Assembly (NCBI GenBank): GCA_029953675.1
Contig: JAMWBK010000013.1
Coordinates: 186,001-250,000 of the forward strand
Direction: 5' to 3'
Origin: Rhodosorus marinus CCMP1338
Taxonomy: Eukaryota; Plantae; Rhodophyta
Length of the DNA stretch: 64,000 bases
Positions 24,226 to 39,796 of this stretch are shown piece after piece. The position numbers were made by a program, and so were the translations under genes. Position 1 is the first letter of the stretch; the number at the start of each line of letters is the position of its first letter. Under the pieces are notes generated by a model. It had not been told where the DNA came from and did no database searches. It saw nothing but the letters and a program-made list of their open reading frames with translations.

Positions 24226-25279
24226 GCGTGATTGTGCACAAAGTGAAAAGTATCCACTTCGTGCAAGATGTAAGAAGGAAGCAAGCTTCTTGCACCTGAA
24301 ACGGACTATAGAAGATCCAGTTCACTCGAATCGCGAAACATCGGAAGCCCTCGTCCGATTTCCAGAGGTTCGGGACGAAACCCAATCGCAAAAGACGGAA
24401 AACGAAACCCCAGCCTGCACCCCCGTGTTATCCAAAACTAACTAAAAAGAATCAGAAAAAAAACAAAAGGTCTTTTTCACTGCCAGCTCGTCCAAGATAT
24501 GAATAGTAGAAAAGGATTTATGAAACCTCGGGAAGGACGAAGAAGGAAAGCAAAAGGGGCTTGGAGGGGGAGAAGAGATATAGACCTACTTAGATACCTA
24601 ACCACTCAATCAGTTCCGCATTTTACTCAAATAGGACAACAAGCATTGAACCAAACGAGATCCTGACCGCCGTCCCACACCGCTCTCAATCCCATCATAG
24701 TGTACTAACGTACTAGTAAAACTTTTAATGTACTAAGACTTTTCCCGAAATTGTTTTACGAAAAAGTTCGATTGGAGATTTTTTTGTTTTGAAGAAAAAA
24801 AGGTGTTTGATCATGGAGATATTTTCTAGATTTTTCTGGTGGTGAGGAGGGTTTGCGCTCACCGCGTTTTTGCGAAGGCGACTTTTTCAAAAAAACGCGG
24901 GGAGCGTGAGACCTAGATTTGGGGAATGGAAAGGGAGCGGCGCCCGAAGAGAGAGAAGAGGGAGGGGTTGGATGAGTATCGCAATTGTGGATTTTTGATG
25001 TATGACAGAGAAATCTTAAGGAAATTATCATGCATGATCAGACTTGTTATCCCGACCGAGGCTGGATTAGAATGTTTCCATCCAAAGCCTATGCCACACC
25101 TCTGTCCCTCGAGGCTGGCTTGAGGGAGTGCGGTGTTTGGTTTGATATGCGCACTTCTTTGTCTATAGAGTATCTGGTTGGAGTCCTGTTGTTGGTTTCT
25201 TCCGACGATGCTCCAAAACTACTAGACCTTAACGGTGGAGAAAAGGTTAGCTCCACGGTCTTGTTTGGAAGCACTGCAC

Positions 25280-25790
25280 CGGGTTCTGGAGCACCCAACA
25301 GGCAGGTTAACCATCGAAAAAGTACGTCCCGCGATAGTTTTTCGGAGGGATGGGCTCTTTCTACGTCGAGTTTGTTCTGGTGGAATGTAGCTACCTCGGC
25401 TGCACGATTCTCTGCACCGTATTGACGTCTTGCTTGGAAGATGTGGGGTTTTAAAACCCCCCAGCGTAGGCTTTCTCATCGAAAGTATGTTCCCAGGAAT
25501 AGTTTTTCGTAGGGATTTTTTTTTCTCCGTCCTGTTTGTTCTGGTGGAATGTAACAACCTCCGCAACTGGCATGCTATCTCCACCATAAGGACATCTTGA
25601 TTGGAAGTGTGGGGTTCTAGATCCCCCATTGCCGGTTTTCGCATCGAAGGTATGTTCGCGGGAATACTTCTTCGCAGGGATTGTTTTTTCTACGTCGAGT
25701 TTGTTCTGGTGCAATGCCGCCACCTCGGCAACTTGCATCCTCAAGAATAGCGAAGCTAAGATTTGTATTGAGAATTCAGGTAGTTTTGCG
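25280..25790. repeat. Three diverged tandem copies of a 165-bp unit
   Basis: The anchor catcgaa occurs at 25312, 25477 and 25642 (period 165). The minus-strand ORF 25451-25744 reads the repeat in frame (VAEV..HQNK.D.EK.IP.K.YS.EHTFD.K). Confidence 0.9.
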
Positions 25791-27084
25791 TTGGGTTTCT
25801 CCTGCTGATCTCCAAATCTACTCCGGTGGGTGTGGAAAGCTCGATCCTAGATGGGGAGCTTCCCGGTGGAGGTTGTTTTCAGTGTCCGCATTCCTATTTC
25901 GGAAACTCCTTTTTTTTTGAGCTGTCATCGCTCCGGAGCACAAGTTCTTTTGCAAAGCTGGTTCCTCCCATTCCACAACAGACTCTACCCAACCCAGAAC
26001 GGACGAACGCCTATGGTCTCTTGTGCAAAATACGTCAATCGTCTTCAGGGGATGTGAAACTGGGATACAAAAGCACATCTGGAGCGAGCTCTATGAGCGC
26101 ATTGCAATAGCAGCGAAAAGCGTCTTTCACGTCCGCCCTTCGTCCTCCGTTGAAACTAGAAGCGTACGCCTTCTACGAAATCGCACATGCGATCGTGCTG
26201 ACCTTCCTAACCGCCCTCAATCCCAAGCATCATGTACTAACCATTAGTAAAATATTCTTCAGATAAGACTGTTTTTTTAAAACAAATGCACATCCTAGTT
26301 TTTCCTCGTGAGTTTTACGAAAATGCTACATTGGAGAAGTGACAGTCTTTCTTAGAATAGCACCTGAGTGTTGTCGAACCAAGCCTCGTAATCGACGAAA
26401 CAGACATCGCACTTCTGGATCTTCCTTCATAAGTGGATGTTCTGACATATCATGACAGCACGTCTACGGGTAGTGACCCCCCGCAGTGTCTGCTTTGTTG
26501 GTTTTGACAAAGCAGTCAGGAGGCGCTCTAAGAGGAGCACGAGAAGAGAGCCGACAACGTTCCTGCTGAGCTAACAAGTTGGACGAAGTTCACAAGAAAG
26601 CTACTGTATCGTCCTGCTCGTCAGAGCGAGAGAAAAGCTCGGTTTATCCGTTCTCGATCCTTGGGTTTTACTACGCTCCGGGAAACCGCAGGATGGGAAT
26701 ATGAATAGACTTCAGGCGTCCCTTTCGCAGACTTCCTCACTGCTCCTTGAGTCGAACGTCGCTCAGATGAGAGGTAGACGAAGACATGCATCCACAACAG
26801 GAAAGCAGGAGGGTGAAGAAACCATATGTTCTTCTAGAACATCTGCTGTGTCATGGCCAGTCACAGCCACGAATGATACATCAAAATGTCCCAATAATTG
26901 TGGCGAACTGCCATGTAAATTTTTTGTACTGAATTCATATCTCAATCTTAAACCAATTACTTCTCCGAAGTGGTTGATATTGATGGAATTCTAACCAATC
27001 AATTCTATTCCTGACACTTCCCGTGGTAAACCCCTATTTACCTCAAATATGCCTTAATATATTCATTATTACGCTATTAAGCAG

Positions 27085-27113
27085 TCCAGTGCAAAGTTGC
27101 ACTTTGCACTGGA
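27085..27113. repeat. Perfect 13-bp inverted repeat (3-nt loop)
   Basis: tccagtgcaaagt-tgc-actttgcactgga. Confidence 0.9.
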
Positions 27114-27695
27114 GGGATAAAAATATTTATACTATTGTTTATCAAATTTTTTAACAATTATTTTAAATTCAGAATTTATTGCAGGGGGGGTATAACAAAA
27201 TTATATCGTCCGTATATAACGTATAAATGATGAACCTGATCTACCCCCGGACACACATCGAACACCATCAATGGGACACAAACGATACACTTCATTGGAT
27301 AATCTATGATATTTTTCACCAAAAAAATTGCGTTTCAAAGCAAACATTGGCCAATACGTATTTTAAAGACACGCGTATATAGTTAATTAGTTTGTCTCCT
27401 AGTAAAATAGCTTATGATTGGATTATTTTTGATTGAATCTGCGGTGGAATTGTTTATTCGTTTAATAATCACAAGATGTGTTTTGGGAAAGAAAAACTCA
27501 ACAAAAAAAAAGGAAGAATCGTTGGAAAGAGCTGAGTGCGGAGGGAGAGAGAGAGAGAGAGCGTGAGACATTTGGGAAAGGACAGGGAGCGAGGGAGGAG
27601 GGAAGAGAGAGGTCTGTATATGTGAAGGAATAATTTTTTGGTGACCAGAGGGGTGTGTGTGTGTGTGTGTGGAGTGTTTTCTGGTTTTGCGAAGG

Positions 27696-28820
27696 ATGCT
27701 CGGGAGGTTGGTGGTGCGGGGGGGGGTTGGGCGGAGGGGGTTGAGTGAGGTTGCTGCTGTGGAAAGGGCAGCGCGGGAGATTGGAAGCGCTGGGCTGGAG
27801 TGGGACAAGCTTGGTTTTGGATATTTCGAGACCAACGGGACTGTTCAGGGGGAGTTTCGTGGCGGGAGGCTGAGGAGTCTTGAGTTTGTACACGGTTTCA
27901 GCTCGCAGATAAACGTTGCGGCAGCGGCGCTGCAGTATGGACAGAGCTGCTTCGAAGGTCTGAAAGCGTTTGCGAGCAAGGACGGTGGAGTGAGGCTATT
28001 TCGACCTGGTGAGAACTCTCGGAGGTTGAACAGCTCAGCGGACAGGCTGATGATGCCACAGATCGATGAGGAGATATTCGTTGAGGCCTGCAGAATGGCA
28101 GTACACAACAATATCGAGTTCGTTCCCCCGTACGGTACCAATGGAGCCCTGTACCTGAGGCCGGTCCTGTTCGGATCTTCCCCGAGGATTGGCGTTTCAC
28201 CAGCCACTGAGCACAAGTTTGTCGTCATTGCCAGCCCTGTGTCCAAGTACTACAGGGGCGATTCAAAACCAGTCAGAGCGCTTGTTATGGACCGCTACGA
28301 CCGAGCCGCTCCCCTAGGGCTCGGAAACGTCAAGACTGCGGCGAACTATGCCGCCGACTTGAAGCCCAGTTCGCACGCCAAGAAGATGGGTTACGATGCG
28401 AGCCTCTACTTGGACCCGAAGGAGCACAAGCATATCGAGGAGTTCGCGACGAGCAACTTCGCTGCGATCAAAGGTGATCGATACGTTACGCCGTCCTCGG
28501 GAAGCATCCTCGCGAGCATAACCAACCTGAGCATTCAGCAACTGGCGCAGAGGATGAACCTCAAAGTGGAACGCAGGAAGATTCCCATTGAAGAACTCGA
28601 AGAGTTTGATGAAGTCGCATCCCTCGGCACAGCCGCGCTAGTCTCACCGGTCTCTTCCGTTGTTCACGGAGAAAAGCAGTACAAATTCGGAGCCGACAAG
28701 ACCGATGAAGAGCATTCGCCAGTATTTAAGCAGCTGCACAGAGAACTAATAGCCATCCAAACCGGTCAATCTCCAGACGAATTCCGATGGATGACAGACG
28801 CCCTTCGCGCAGTAAGTTGA
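27696..28820 (+). CDS. ilvE: Branched-chain amino-acid aminotransferase (fold-type IV PLP enzyme), intronless, with probable mitochondrial presequence
   Basis: LQYGQSCFEGLKAF, LYLRP, GNVKTAANYA (PLP Lys), EEFATSN, ILASIT, GTAA. The N-terminus MLGRLVVRGGVGRR is Arg/Gly-rich. Confidence 0.97.
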   Translation: MLGRLVVRGGVGRRGLSEVAAVERAAREIGSAGLEWDKLGFGYFETNGTVQGEFRGGRLRSLEFVHGFSSQINVAAAALQYGQSCFEGLKAFASKDGGVRLFRPGENSRRLNSSADRLMMPQIDEEIFVEACRMAVHNNIEFVPPYGTNGALYLRPVLFGSSPRIGVSPATEHKFVVIASPVSKYYRGDSKPVRALVMDRYDRAAPLGLGNVKTAANYAADLKPSSHAKKMGYDASLYLDPKEHKHIEEFATSNFAAIKGDRYVTPSSGSILASITNLSIQQLAQRMNLKVERRKIPIEELEEFDEVASLGTAALVSPVSSVVHGEKQYKFGADKTDEEHSPVFKQLHRELIAIQTGQSPDEFRWMTDALRAVS

Positions 28821-29536
28821 TGAACAACACGCCAGCACTGAAACAGAGCAGACCGGAAAACCCACTCGAATGTAATAGTAAAGAACGTCCTGAGCAGCTA
28901 TCCGACGCATTTCTCCAGCAGAGGCATCCGTTTCACGTATCCAATGGGTTATAATGCCTCCCGGGCATGGCCGTAGAGGAAAATATTGCTTTCTTGCTAT
29001 CTTCGTGGTTATCTGTTCTTGCATGGCCAGGATTTTTCACCCTTTCCTGCGAAGCTTGTTTCAGCTGTCCGAGAAAAGCACGAAGGGATCAGTGCCTTGT
29101 AGTCAATCTCACCAAGCGATACCAAGCACATAAAACTTTAGTGGCAGAGGCTCCAGTGATTTCCCTGTCTCTACACTCATGCCGACAAAAGCCGGTGAGC
29201 AGAGTCCGGTCATAGGCGATACCCAGATTCCGTGCGTGAAGAGCTGGACGGCAAATGCCGAAACGACGTGGGTACCCTGCTAGGCTGCAGTTCATAACAA
29301 ACCTCGTCGCGGCTTGCAAACACAAACTCTCCATCAGATCGGCGTTTGAGATCTCGATTAGCCTGCCAGTCCCTACCCTATAGCCAGAACTCGATCTCGA
29401 TTTACATCCGAGTAGCCAAATTGAATGGAGGCGTCCGTGGCCCCCGCTCAATAAGGGTGTGAAAGTGTTGAGGTGTGGGAGAAGGCTTGTGTTCTCTATT
29501 CTCGAAGAGAAAAGATTTTTTGGAAGAGAAAAAAAG

Positions 29537-30389
29537 ATGGGTTACTCTCTAGGCGTTAGAGATTCGATCATGATCGCTCACTCCTTCAAAGGAGCCGAGT
29601 TTGGTCCTGCTCAAGGGGTTAGTCACTCTTCTCAACATCTCCCCGTTGAGTACCCTAAAAGCTCCAACCCTCAAAGCGCGTACTGTCTTCTCATCTAGGT
29701 TCACGGGGCAACGTACACTGTAGATTGCGAGTTTTCGTCTTTAAATCTTGTCCCGGGTTCGAACTGGTGAGTGGCTGCAAGCACCCCTCCGCATCTCCCG
29801 GGCTTTGGATCCACTGATGAGTGAAAACATCTTTGACTAGGGTTGTGGACATAGGAAAGGCCTTGGAAGTTCTCTCGGTAAGATTGTCCTCCCACGAAGA
29901 AGGCACCTTGTCCAGAGAATCACTGATCGAGCTACATCTCCTGTTCTCATCCATCGAATAAAGGATGTCTTGAAAGTGTACAACTACAAGAACTTGGATG
30001 ATCTGGAAGAGTTCAAGGTAAGTTCAGGACAGGTGTCGGGTGGTGTGTGCTGGTCGTCACCTATTTGATTTAGAGGTCGATCCTTGACAAAGCCCCTCCT
30101 GGCTTGAAAACAACTTCTAGGGTCAAAACACAACGACAGAGTTCATGTGCAAGGTGATTCATGACAGGGTTTCTAGGAGAATGAAGGAGCACGTCACAGG
30201 TGATCTCAAGGTCAGTACTTGTGAAGCGCTTGTCGAGAAGATTTTCATTTTGTTTCCCAAGGTTTCTCCCGGAGGCATTGATTTCCTCCTCTTTTTTCTT
30301 CCTTTTTTTTGTGTTCTTCTGGTCAGATTACTTTGCACGAGAGCCACAAGGCATGGGCTTCTTATTCGGGCTCAATTCAGTCGAACTAG
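29537..30389 (+). CDS. 6-pyruvoyl-tetrahydropterin/6-carboxytetrahydropterin synthase-like protein (bacterial HGATY subtype), six exons
   Basis: Exons 29537-29617, 29699-29766, 29841-29877, 29964-30017, 30121-30210 and 30327-30389 splice (all GT-AG) to [36 protein letters not shown]...VVDIG...NYKNLDD...GQNTTTEFMCK...ITLHESHKAWASY. Confidence 0.92.
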
Positions 30390-30671
30390 CTCTCGAGCAC
30401 AACTGGGTAGAGACTTCAACTACATGCGAATCATCTAATCCCGTTCCGAGTCTGCGGACGATCCAATCGTCTTCATCAAGCAAGGAAACGACTTGGCGGA
30501 TGCCTTGGAAACCCACGAATCCCCTTTGCTGAGCTCAGTTTTCTTCGGGAATGTCTTATTCATATCATAACAACAAAAAATATAGACAAAGTCGCCCCAT
30601 GCGCACTTTGGAGCCCTGTGTGCGAGCATCGAAGGTAGAATAGAATCCAGTGGAGGTCACCAAAAGTCGCT

Positions 30672-32110
30672 TCAGGTTCTCCAGGTGTTCGACTCTTCTT
30701 TGTCAGAATCCACTTCCCACCACGTTCTGCTGGTTACTCCTTTCCTTAAAAAGCCCATGAGGGGCGCTGGCGTAACAGCTTCAAGACCCATCGCTTTGGT
30801 CATGATGTCACGGACTTCGCCGAGAGCTGGTCTTTCGTCCATAGTCTCTACTCGTGAGAACTTGCCGTCCGAAGTATCAAGCAGCACCTGAAACACAGCG
30901 TTTGGATGATTCGTCAGGGCTTATTACGCACCTCATTCATGCTGAGCAGTTTGCAAGCATGCCCATGGGTAGACGAGCAAGAACTGGCAGCAGAGGCACC
31001 CACTGATATCAATCGCTACCGTGAACGTACCTGATACTTTCCTGGAAAAGCCCTGTAAAGAGCGCCAGAGTAGTTGACAACATAGGGAGGCTGCGGAACT
31101 GTTTTCGAGTAGCTTCGCTGCCTCAGGTAGTACACAGGCAAGATACTAATATTCCGACGAAGCAAAAGATCGACAATGAGACATCCGCTTGTGGATTAGT
31201 AAAGGGAAGACCTACGATGAAGATACCTGCTGAGGAATCGATACTGCAAGTTTTTCGGTGGGAATGCCGGAAGGCCCAAGTCGCCCCTCAGTGTGTCAAG
31301 CTTGAGGTTGAAGAAAATTACCGGTCGCTCGCCGGCCTTGATGCACATCTTCTCAACCTGCGGCAGTTCCTGACAGGACGCGCTCATCACGATAAACATG
31401 TCGTCCTCTTCCCTCACGGACACGTCCTTTTCGACCCCCGTTGTTAGGAGTCTGTCGATGAACGTGCCCTTGAATCCTGAAAACAAGCAGCGTGGAACGT
31501 GTCAGCGACTACGACGCTCGACATCAGAAGGTGGTTTAGACTACCTACCATCCTCAAGCGTGCTCAGCCTGATGTTCGGGTACGGTTCCTCCATTTCATT
31601 GCTGTTCTCTAAAGCCCTGTCCTTCTCCGGTGCATCGGGAAACGCAATCGCAACTCTCTTTCCTTGGTCTGCCCAGCGCTTTGCATAGTCGAGCACAAGC
31701 TTGTAGTTCGCATCAACAACCGTATAGGTACCGATAGCCGCGGAGTCCAGCATAGACTGAGGCAACGGCGGAAACTCAACTTCTAAAAGGCGAAATCCGT
31801 TCGCAAGCGCCTTCTCAGTCGCTTCCTGCGCTTGCGTCACAGCCTGATAGAAGGTGGACGGCGGTGGCTCATCCCCAGTCTCATCATTCCCAACCTTCTC
31901 CGCCACCTCGCTAGCGGTTTCATCCGCCTTCTCATCAGCAGCATCCTCGACCTTTGCCTCCGTCTCGCTGGAAGACTCCTGCATCTCCAGCCTACATCTC
32001 CTCAACCCGCCACCAGGAACCATAACTTGCTCTCGTTGACTCGCTCCAGTCCTCCCTCTCCTCACTCTCAAAGCTGATGAGCCAACACTCGAACAAAAAC
32101 CCAAATCCAT
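30672..32110 (-). CDS. LPA3: DUF1995 / LPA3-like plastid protein; multi-exon
   Basis: Transit-peptide-like N-terminus, then PPPSTFYQAVTQAQ, LLEVEFPPLP, NLKLDTLRGDLGLPAFPPKNLQYRFLS, and a C-terminal RTWWEVD. Confidence 0.88.
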
Positions 32111-32830
32111 GATTTGATCACGCTGTTGGGCTCTTCTTCTACTCTTCTCTATCTATAAAAACAAAAGCCGGCCTCTAAAAACTCTGCTCCACGACCTACA
32201 CATTTACGACCACTACACCAACCTCCTCCTCCCTCCCCCTCACCCTCTCCCACTCGGTCAGAAGTAAGCAAACTACTCATCGCACTTTATATCTACTCAC
32301 GTTGAAAAAGTAACAATGGCAGACAAGAAGAAGTCTCTCCCAGGCCAAGCAATAATTCTCCCCAAACGATAATTAACTCCAGCAGAAAAAAAAAAATCCG
32401 ATGAAAACCAACCCCGCGGAATATTGGCAACCAAATTCCTTTGGCCAGCAAAAATTTACCACAAAAAAACAACTACACCCTACTTAGCGCTGCAGTTTCT
32501 CTAAATTGAAACAAAAATAGTACAATATATTTGATATTAATTCGAATATAGGAGATAATATTTTAATTATTTGATATTATTTGGTAGCTTTTTGTTCTAA
32601 ATCTCTCTATATTTGACCCGCTTCAGATTAATTAAGAAAGCATCCGATCCTGGCCGTTGAACGGACATTCGACGAACGCCATGCGATGGTTGAGACACGT
32701 GTCGTTTTTAATGGCTTTTTAGTTTCGAAATACATTTTGCTTAATCGAATGGGGACACGTGTCAAACCGTTTTCCACTGGTTGGTATTGATCAGTCCTTA
32801 TTGAACTATTTTGACTATAATAGAGATTTT

Positions 32831-33877
32831 TTATTGCGTTTTTTGTTTTGATCTGGCAGTGTTGATTGAGGCCTTCTCCCGAGGTTTGTCAATTTGGAGG
32901 CCGAGGACTGCGACTAGGATGCGTTCGAAATAGTAGAAGAGGTTGATGGAGCGGCCGAGAACGAGTTCCAGGATGGCAATGGCGCTCAAGAACGCACCCA
33001 AGGCGAACTTCAAGTCAGCATTCTGCAGATGGGGAAGATCAACGTACGATTGTATGATTTTGTGCGGATCGGAGAGCACGTAATAGGCTGTACTGATGAG
33101 GAAGGCTGACTTAATTGGCCACTCCGGAGATGAGAACGTTGACTTGGCATTGAATCCCGTGCGAAATTTCTTGTCCGCATCAAGGAACAACAGTCCTCCG
33201 CAGCCTCCAATCCCTCCGAGGATGATGGCGGCAACCCATCCGTTCGGAACCTGCTTTGCAACCGAGTCAACGGTCATGGAAATCGCCCGAATCTGCCAAT
33301 AGAACAACCCAGCTTTCGTGTTAGCTTGTGCGAACAATTTGTTTTGAAACCTACGGGCTCCATACCCTTGCGAAAGTGGCAACGACAGCAATCGGTGCAA
33401 ATACCACTCTGATTTGGAGAATTTTCTTAACTGGCGTGCAGTTGACAAGCCACCAGCATAGCAAAAAGATGGGAACAAGAGAATTTGCCCCCTCAGTTGA
33501 CACCGGAGACGGCGTAGCCGTTAAAATAGCGTTGATAATCGCTCCACCGAAGGACATCACAAAACCCAACACAATAGACTTCAAGAACCCATGCTTTCCC
33601 TCGGTGTACTTGTCCACAACCACAACCATTAGCAGGCAGTGTGCCACGAGAAGCACAGTCGGATCCGCGTTGACGAATCTATCTCGTACTAACTCATACT
33701 TGAGTTCAGGAAGGCCTTCCACGTACTTGTGAAACAGGTTCACGTAACTCTAAACGCCAGAGTCAAAAAACAACAAGAGGTCCAAAGAGCAAAGGACTCT
33801 GCTTCAGATCAGATGTTTCCTACTTCCTATACGTTTTCAATGCTTCCTACCTTTAATATCCTTTCAGTCTCGTCCAT
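32831..33877 (-). CDS. TMEM38: TRIC/TMEM38-like trimeric intracellular cation channel; three coding exons
   Basis: About seven hydrophobic segments, with Gly motifs MSFGGAIINAIL and ILGGIGGCGG, and FSSPEWPIKSAF. ATG at 33877. Confidence 0.75.
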
Positions 33878-34667
33878 GGCTTCTGACAGATCCCTATCCA
33901 ATTCTACCCTGCTTAAGCGTTTCTTTTCTGCCCGACTTCGTGCCGACCACCCCTTATGAATATGAAACCCATTGGATCTGATGGTAATCAATACATGAAT
34001 GTGGTGTGGTGACAATTAAGCAACATCCTGGCGTACGGGTGTGGTGGTGGGCCGAGTGGGAGGGAGGGATGTCAGAACAGCAAATAGCGCGAAGTTCGGC
34101 TAGCGCTGGGTGTTTACCTTACTAAGGGTTCTTGTAAAAGGCCTGGATTAATGCTTGTACTTTTTCTCGTAAGTAGTGCTTGCACGCACAAGCGCGGGTT
34201 TTTTGCCTTGTTCTTGTTTGGCAACAAAGCTCTTTATTAACACTAGGAGCGAATTTCATCCTAGTCGCCTCGGTTTGAAGTATTTCCTGCCCTGCAAGGT
34301 GCGACACAACCGCCTAGAAAAAGGCGGAAACTGGCTTTTGGGCTGCGCTCTTTGAACTTCAGCGTTTGCTCGCAAAGAAAAAAAAACAAACAAACAACGA
34401 TGATGGGCGATCGTAACCCCTGAGCCGGAGAAGCAAGTTCGCAGTCCCACACATGAAAGGAAAACAAGCAGAACAGGGTCGGCAGCGCATGCATCAGCGC
34501 AGGGCTCCAAAATCGGCAAGAAATCTCCACCATCTGACTCAAACGGCGGCTCGGATTTGCTCTTTCGCGCGAAAGGTGAGCGAGCCAGACCTCCACCTTG
34601 CAGCCAAATAGCATAATTTGGAGGCCACAGGCTTTTTGGATAACTAGTCGAATCGTTCTACTGGGTT

Positions 34668-37132
<2,465 letters not shown>

Positions 37133-39796
37133 GGTTCAGAGACTCATCAAACTACTGAACCCCTTCTTCTGCACGTTTTCTTTCTCCAACACCCAAAACA
37201 ATCCAGAACTAGTGAAAAACCAACATCTAACAGGGTTCCAATTCTAGTCTTGACAGATTTCAAAAGTTTTCAAATTCTCCCTCGGCCTACCCACCACCCC
37301 CTCCCCACCCCACTCCCCCACCCCCCCCTACCACAAAAAGGTTGCTCCCTCTTTCAAACACGAACAAATAACCTTATCAAATAGATCATTTTTCAACCTC
37401 TCATAATCTCATTCCAAACTATCCTTCACACCCTTCCCACCGACAAGAACCCCCACCTTCCGTCTTCAAACAAATAACCATACGAATCAAACCTTTACAC
37501 AAATTCAGATCCTTCCTTTTACGTCTCTTATCTCAACCTTTTCCTTAGTCCAAAACCCTCCCCCCCCAACCAAAAACCCCCATCCACCACACAAACAAAA
37601 CCGCACTTCCCTCACAAAACAAAGCCTACGAAATCAACCCCTTATAAATTCAGATCCTTTCTTAACGTCTCTTATCTCACGTTTTTCCCATGTCTAAAAT
37701 ACCATACTAACCCTCCTCAACTCTCCTCTACCCTCCCAAACCCTCCCCATACTCTCTCTCCGCCCATTAGTAGCCTTTACCTCCTTCCTCCTTCCTCCCC
37801 AAATCTCTTTTTTCAGCTTTTAGTCTTTTCCGCCCGTTTTACGTAAAGTCGCTTCCTTTTTTTCTTTTTTTTTTATTGTGGCGTTTTCCATCAGACAGTT
37901 AAAAGCGGACCAAAATTCAAAAAAATTCAAGGGAGGTGTGGAGAGGAGGAGGGAGAGGAGTTATCTGTCAGAGGAATTGGTGACACCTTTTAAGGCGTTT
38001 GCCGTCAGACAGGTAAAAAAGAATGCCGAAAACTTCAAAACAATATTTATTTTTCAAGTTCCGGGGGTTACGGAGTTAGCTGTCAGTGGTATTGATAGGT
38101 GACACACACCCTGAAGATCAAAAAAGTGGCTTTTTTGAGATTAATAGAGATGATGAAGCTCTACCCATCAGAATCTTGAGTATGATTTAAAGTATTTGTA
38201 TTAACGAAATTTAACGAGATTGGTCAGGGATTGGGTTTGGATTGAAAAGGGGGGGGGGCCGTGGGTAAGATTGTGAAGATTCTTTTGGCGCTGAATATTG
38301 GTAATCTTTTGTTGACAATGGGAATGGATTGGATCTCGAGGTCGGAGGTGTACAGGGCGAGCAGTTGGTTGCTTGTGAGTGGGGATGGATGGGGTCTGGA
38401 TGGGAACATGGTCAGGTTTCCTTAGGATCAAGAGTAAACCGAAGAGTTTTACCGGGTTTTTCTAATGAAAGGTGTTAGATGGACGCGCTCTGCAGAGTTG
38501 TTTTAGGGTGTGTGTGGTGAGACCCGATCAGCAGCAATGCGTGCTAGCACTGGCTGCCCTGCTGAGGCTGGTAGTTGACGTGAGTCTATGAACTAACCTG
38601 AGAGGATGAATCTGATCTGGGTGGTGTTGTGCTCAGGCTCGGCTGTTTCGACAGATTGTGCTGCTGGGAGTGTTTGGATTTGGGCCGCAACGCGATTCTT
38701 CGGATGGGTCGAAGCTCTGTGAAGCAAATATCAGCTCACATAGACAAGGGATTGTAACACCTTCACACTGTGGGAGTGGCAGATTCGTCGTCAGTAGTGG
38801 ATGGCTCGCAATGGAGATGGAAAAGTGTAGACGGTCAAAGGTGAAATCGAGTCTTCTGCAGAAGTCGGGTAGTTGATTCTGTGGCAAGACATCTGAGAGT
38901 GTGCTCAGATGCTGCTAGTGTCCTCTGTCGATCCCACCTGAGCTCACAAACAGTCCACCAGATCAATCACCAAATCCCAAAGCTGTCCTCGTAGCAATCC
39001 AACATTTTCATTTTTTCACAAATAAAAATTTATATTTATCGTTAATTTCCAATCCAGTGCCCTCAAGCCACGATGCAAAGAGAAATTCGTTTGATTTTGA
39101 GGTATTCTTTGATAAAACGGTGTTTATAGTATTTAATTGGCCAAATAGGTTCCGGAAGCTCATGGATTATCCAATGGATATTGAACTATAGGTGTAAGTA
39201 TTTTAATTTTTGGATTAAAATTTTGGTCTAAATTATATTCTGTTTTTTTTGCCGCTTATATTTGCTAACTGAATTTAGCGTTCCTGTGAGTGCACTTACT
39301 CCGCTCACACTATGAGTAGGCATGAAGCTGCTCGCTCTCTGCTAAGCTCTTCAGAAACTCTTTTTTTTTCTTCAGCAAGTGTCTTGGCACCATCCATACG
39401 GTGGACCTGTAACAGTCAGAGGACCATCCTTTTTTTTTTTTTTGAGATTGGATGGAAAGGATCAAATGCTGAAAACGTCGGCAACGGAATTAAATCCAGT
39501 GATTACCAGTTGGTGAGTGGGTGGAAGGCCACTGCCGTGCGGAACCGGGTGGCGGTCTCAAACTCAACCTGCTATATGCACTCGTATGCTAATGCTATGA
39601 GGGGTTTCTCAAACCAGGTTTTGTAAGTTTGCCCAGCAAACTGGGAGGACACACTTCTTGCCGGGACCCAAGCTCTGAATGTAATCGCTGCCTAGTCCGA
39701 AGCTTTGCCTTCCACTTCCCCCGCGTTCTCACAGGAAGGCATAATTTATGGCGAACTTACAACGCACGAACTGAGGTGTTCTATGGAGCCCTTCCG

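Noticed and set aside
38200-38900. Possible + strand gene divergent from the kinase
   Set aside because: There is a G-rich leader but only short ORFs without motifs. It could be non-coding and needs RNA data.
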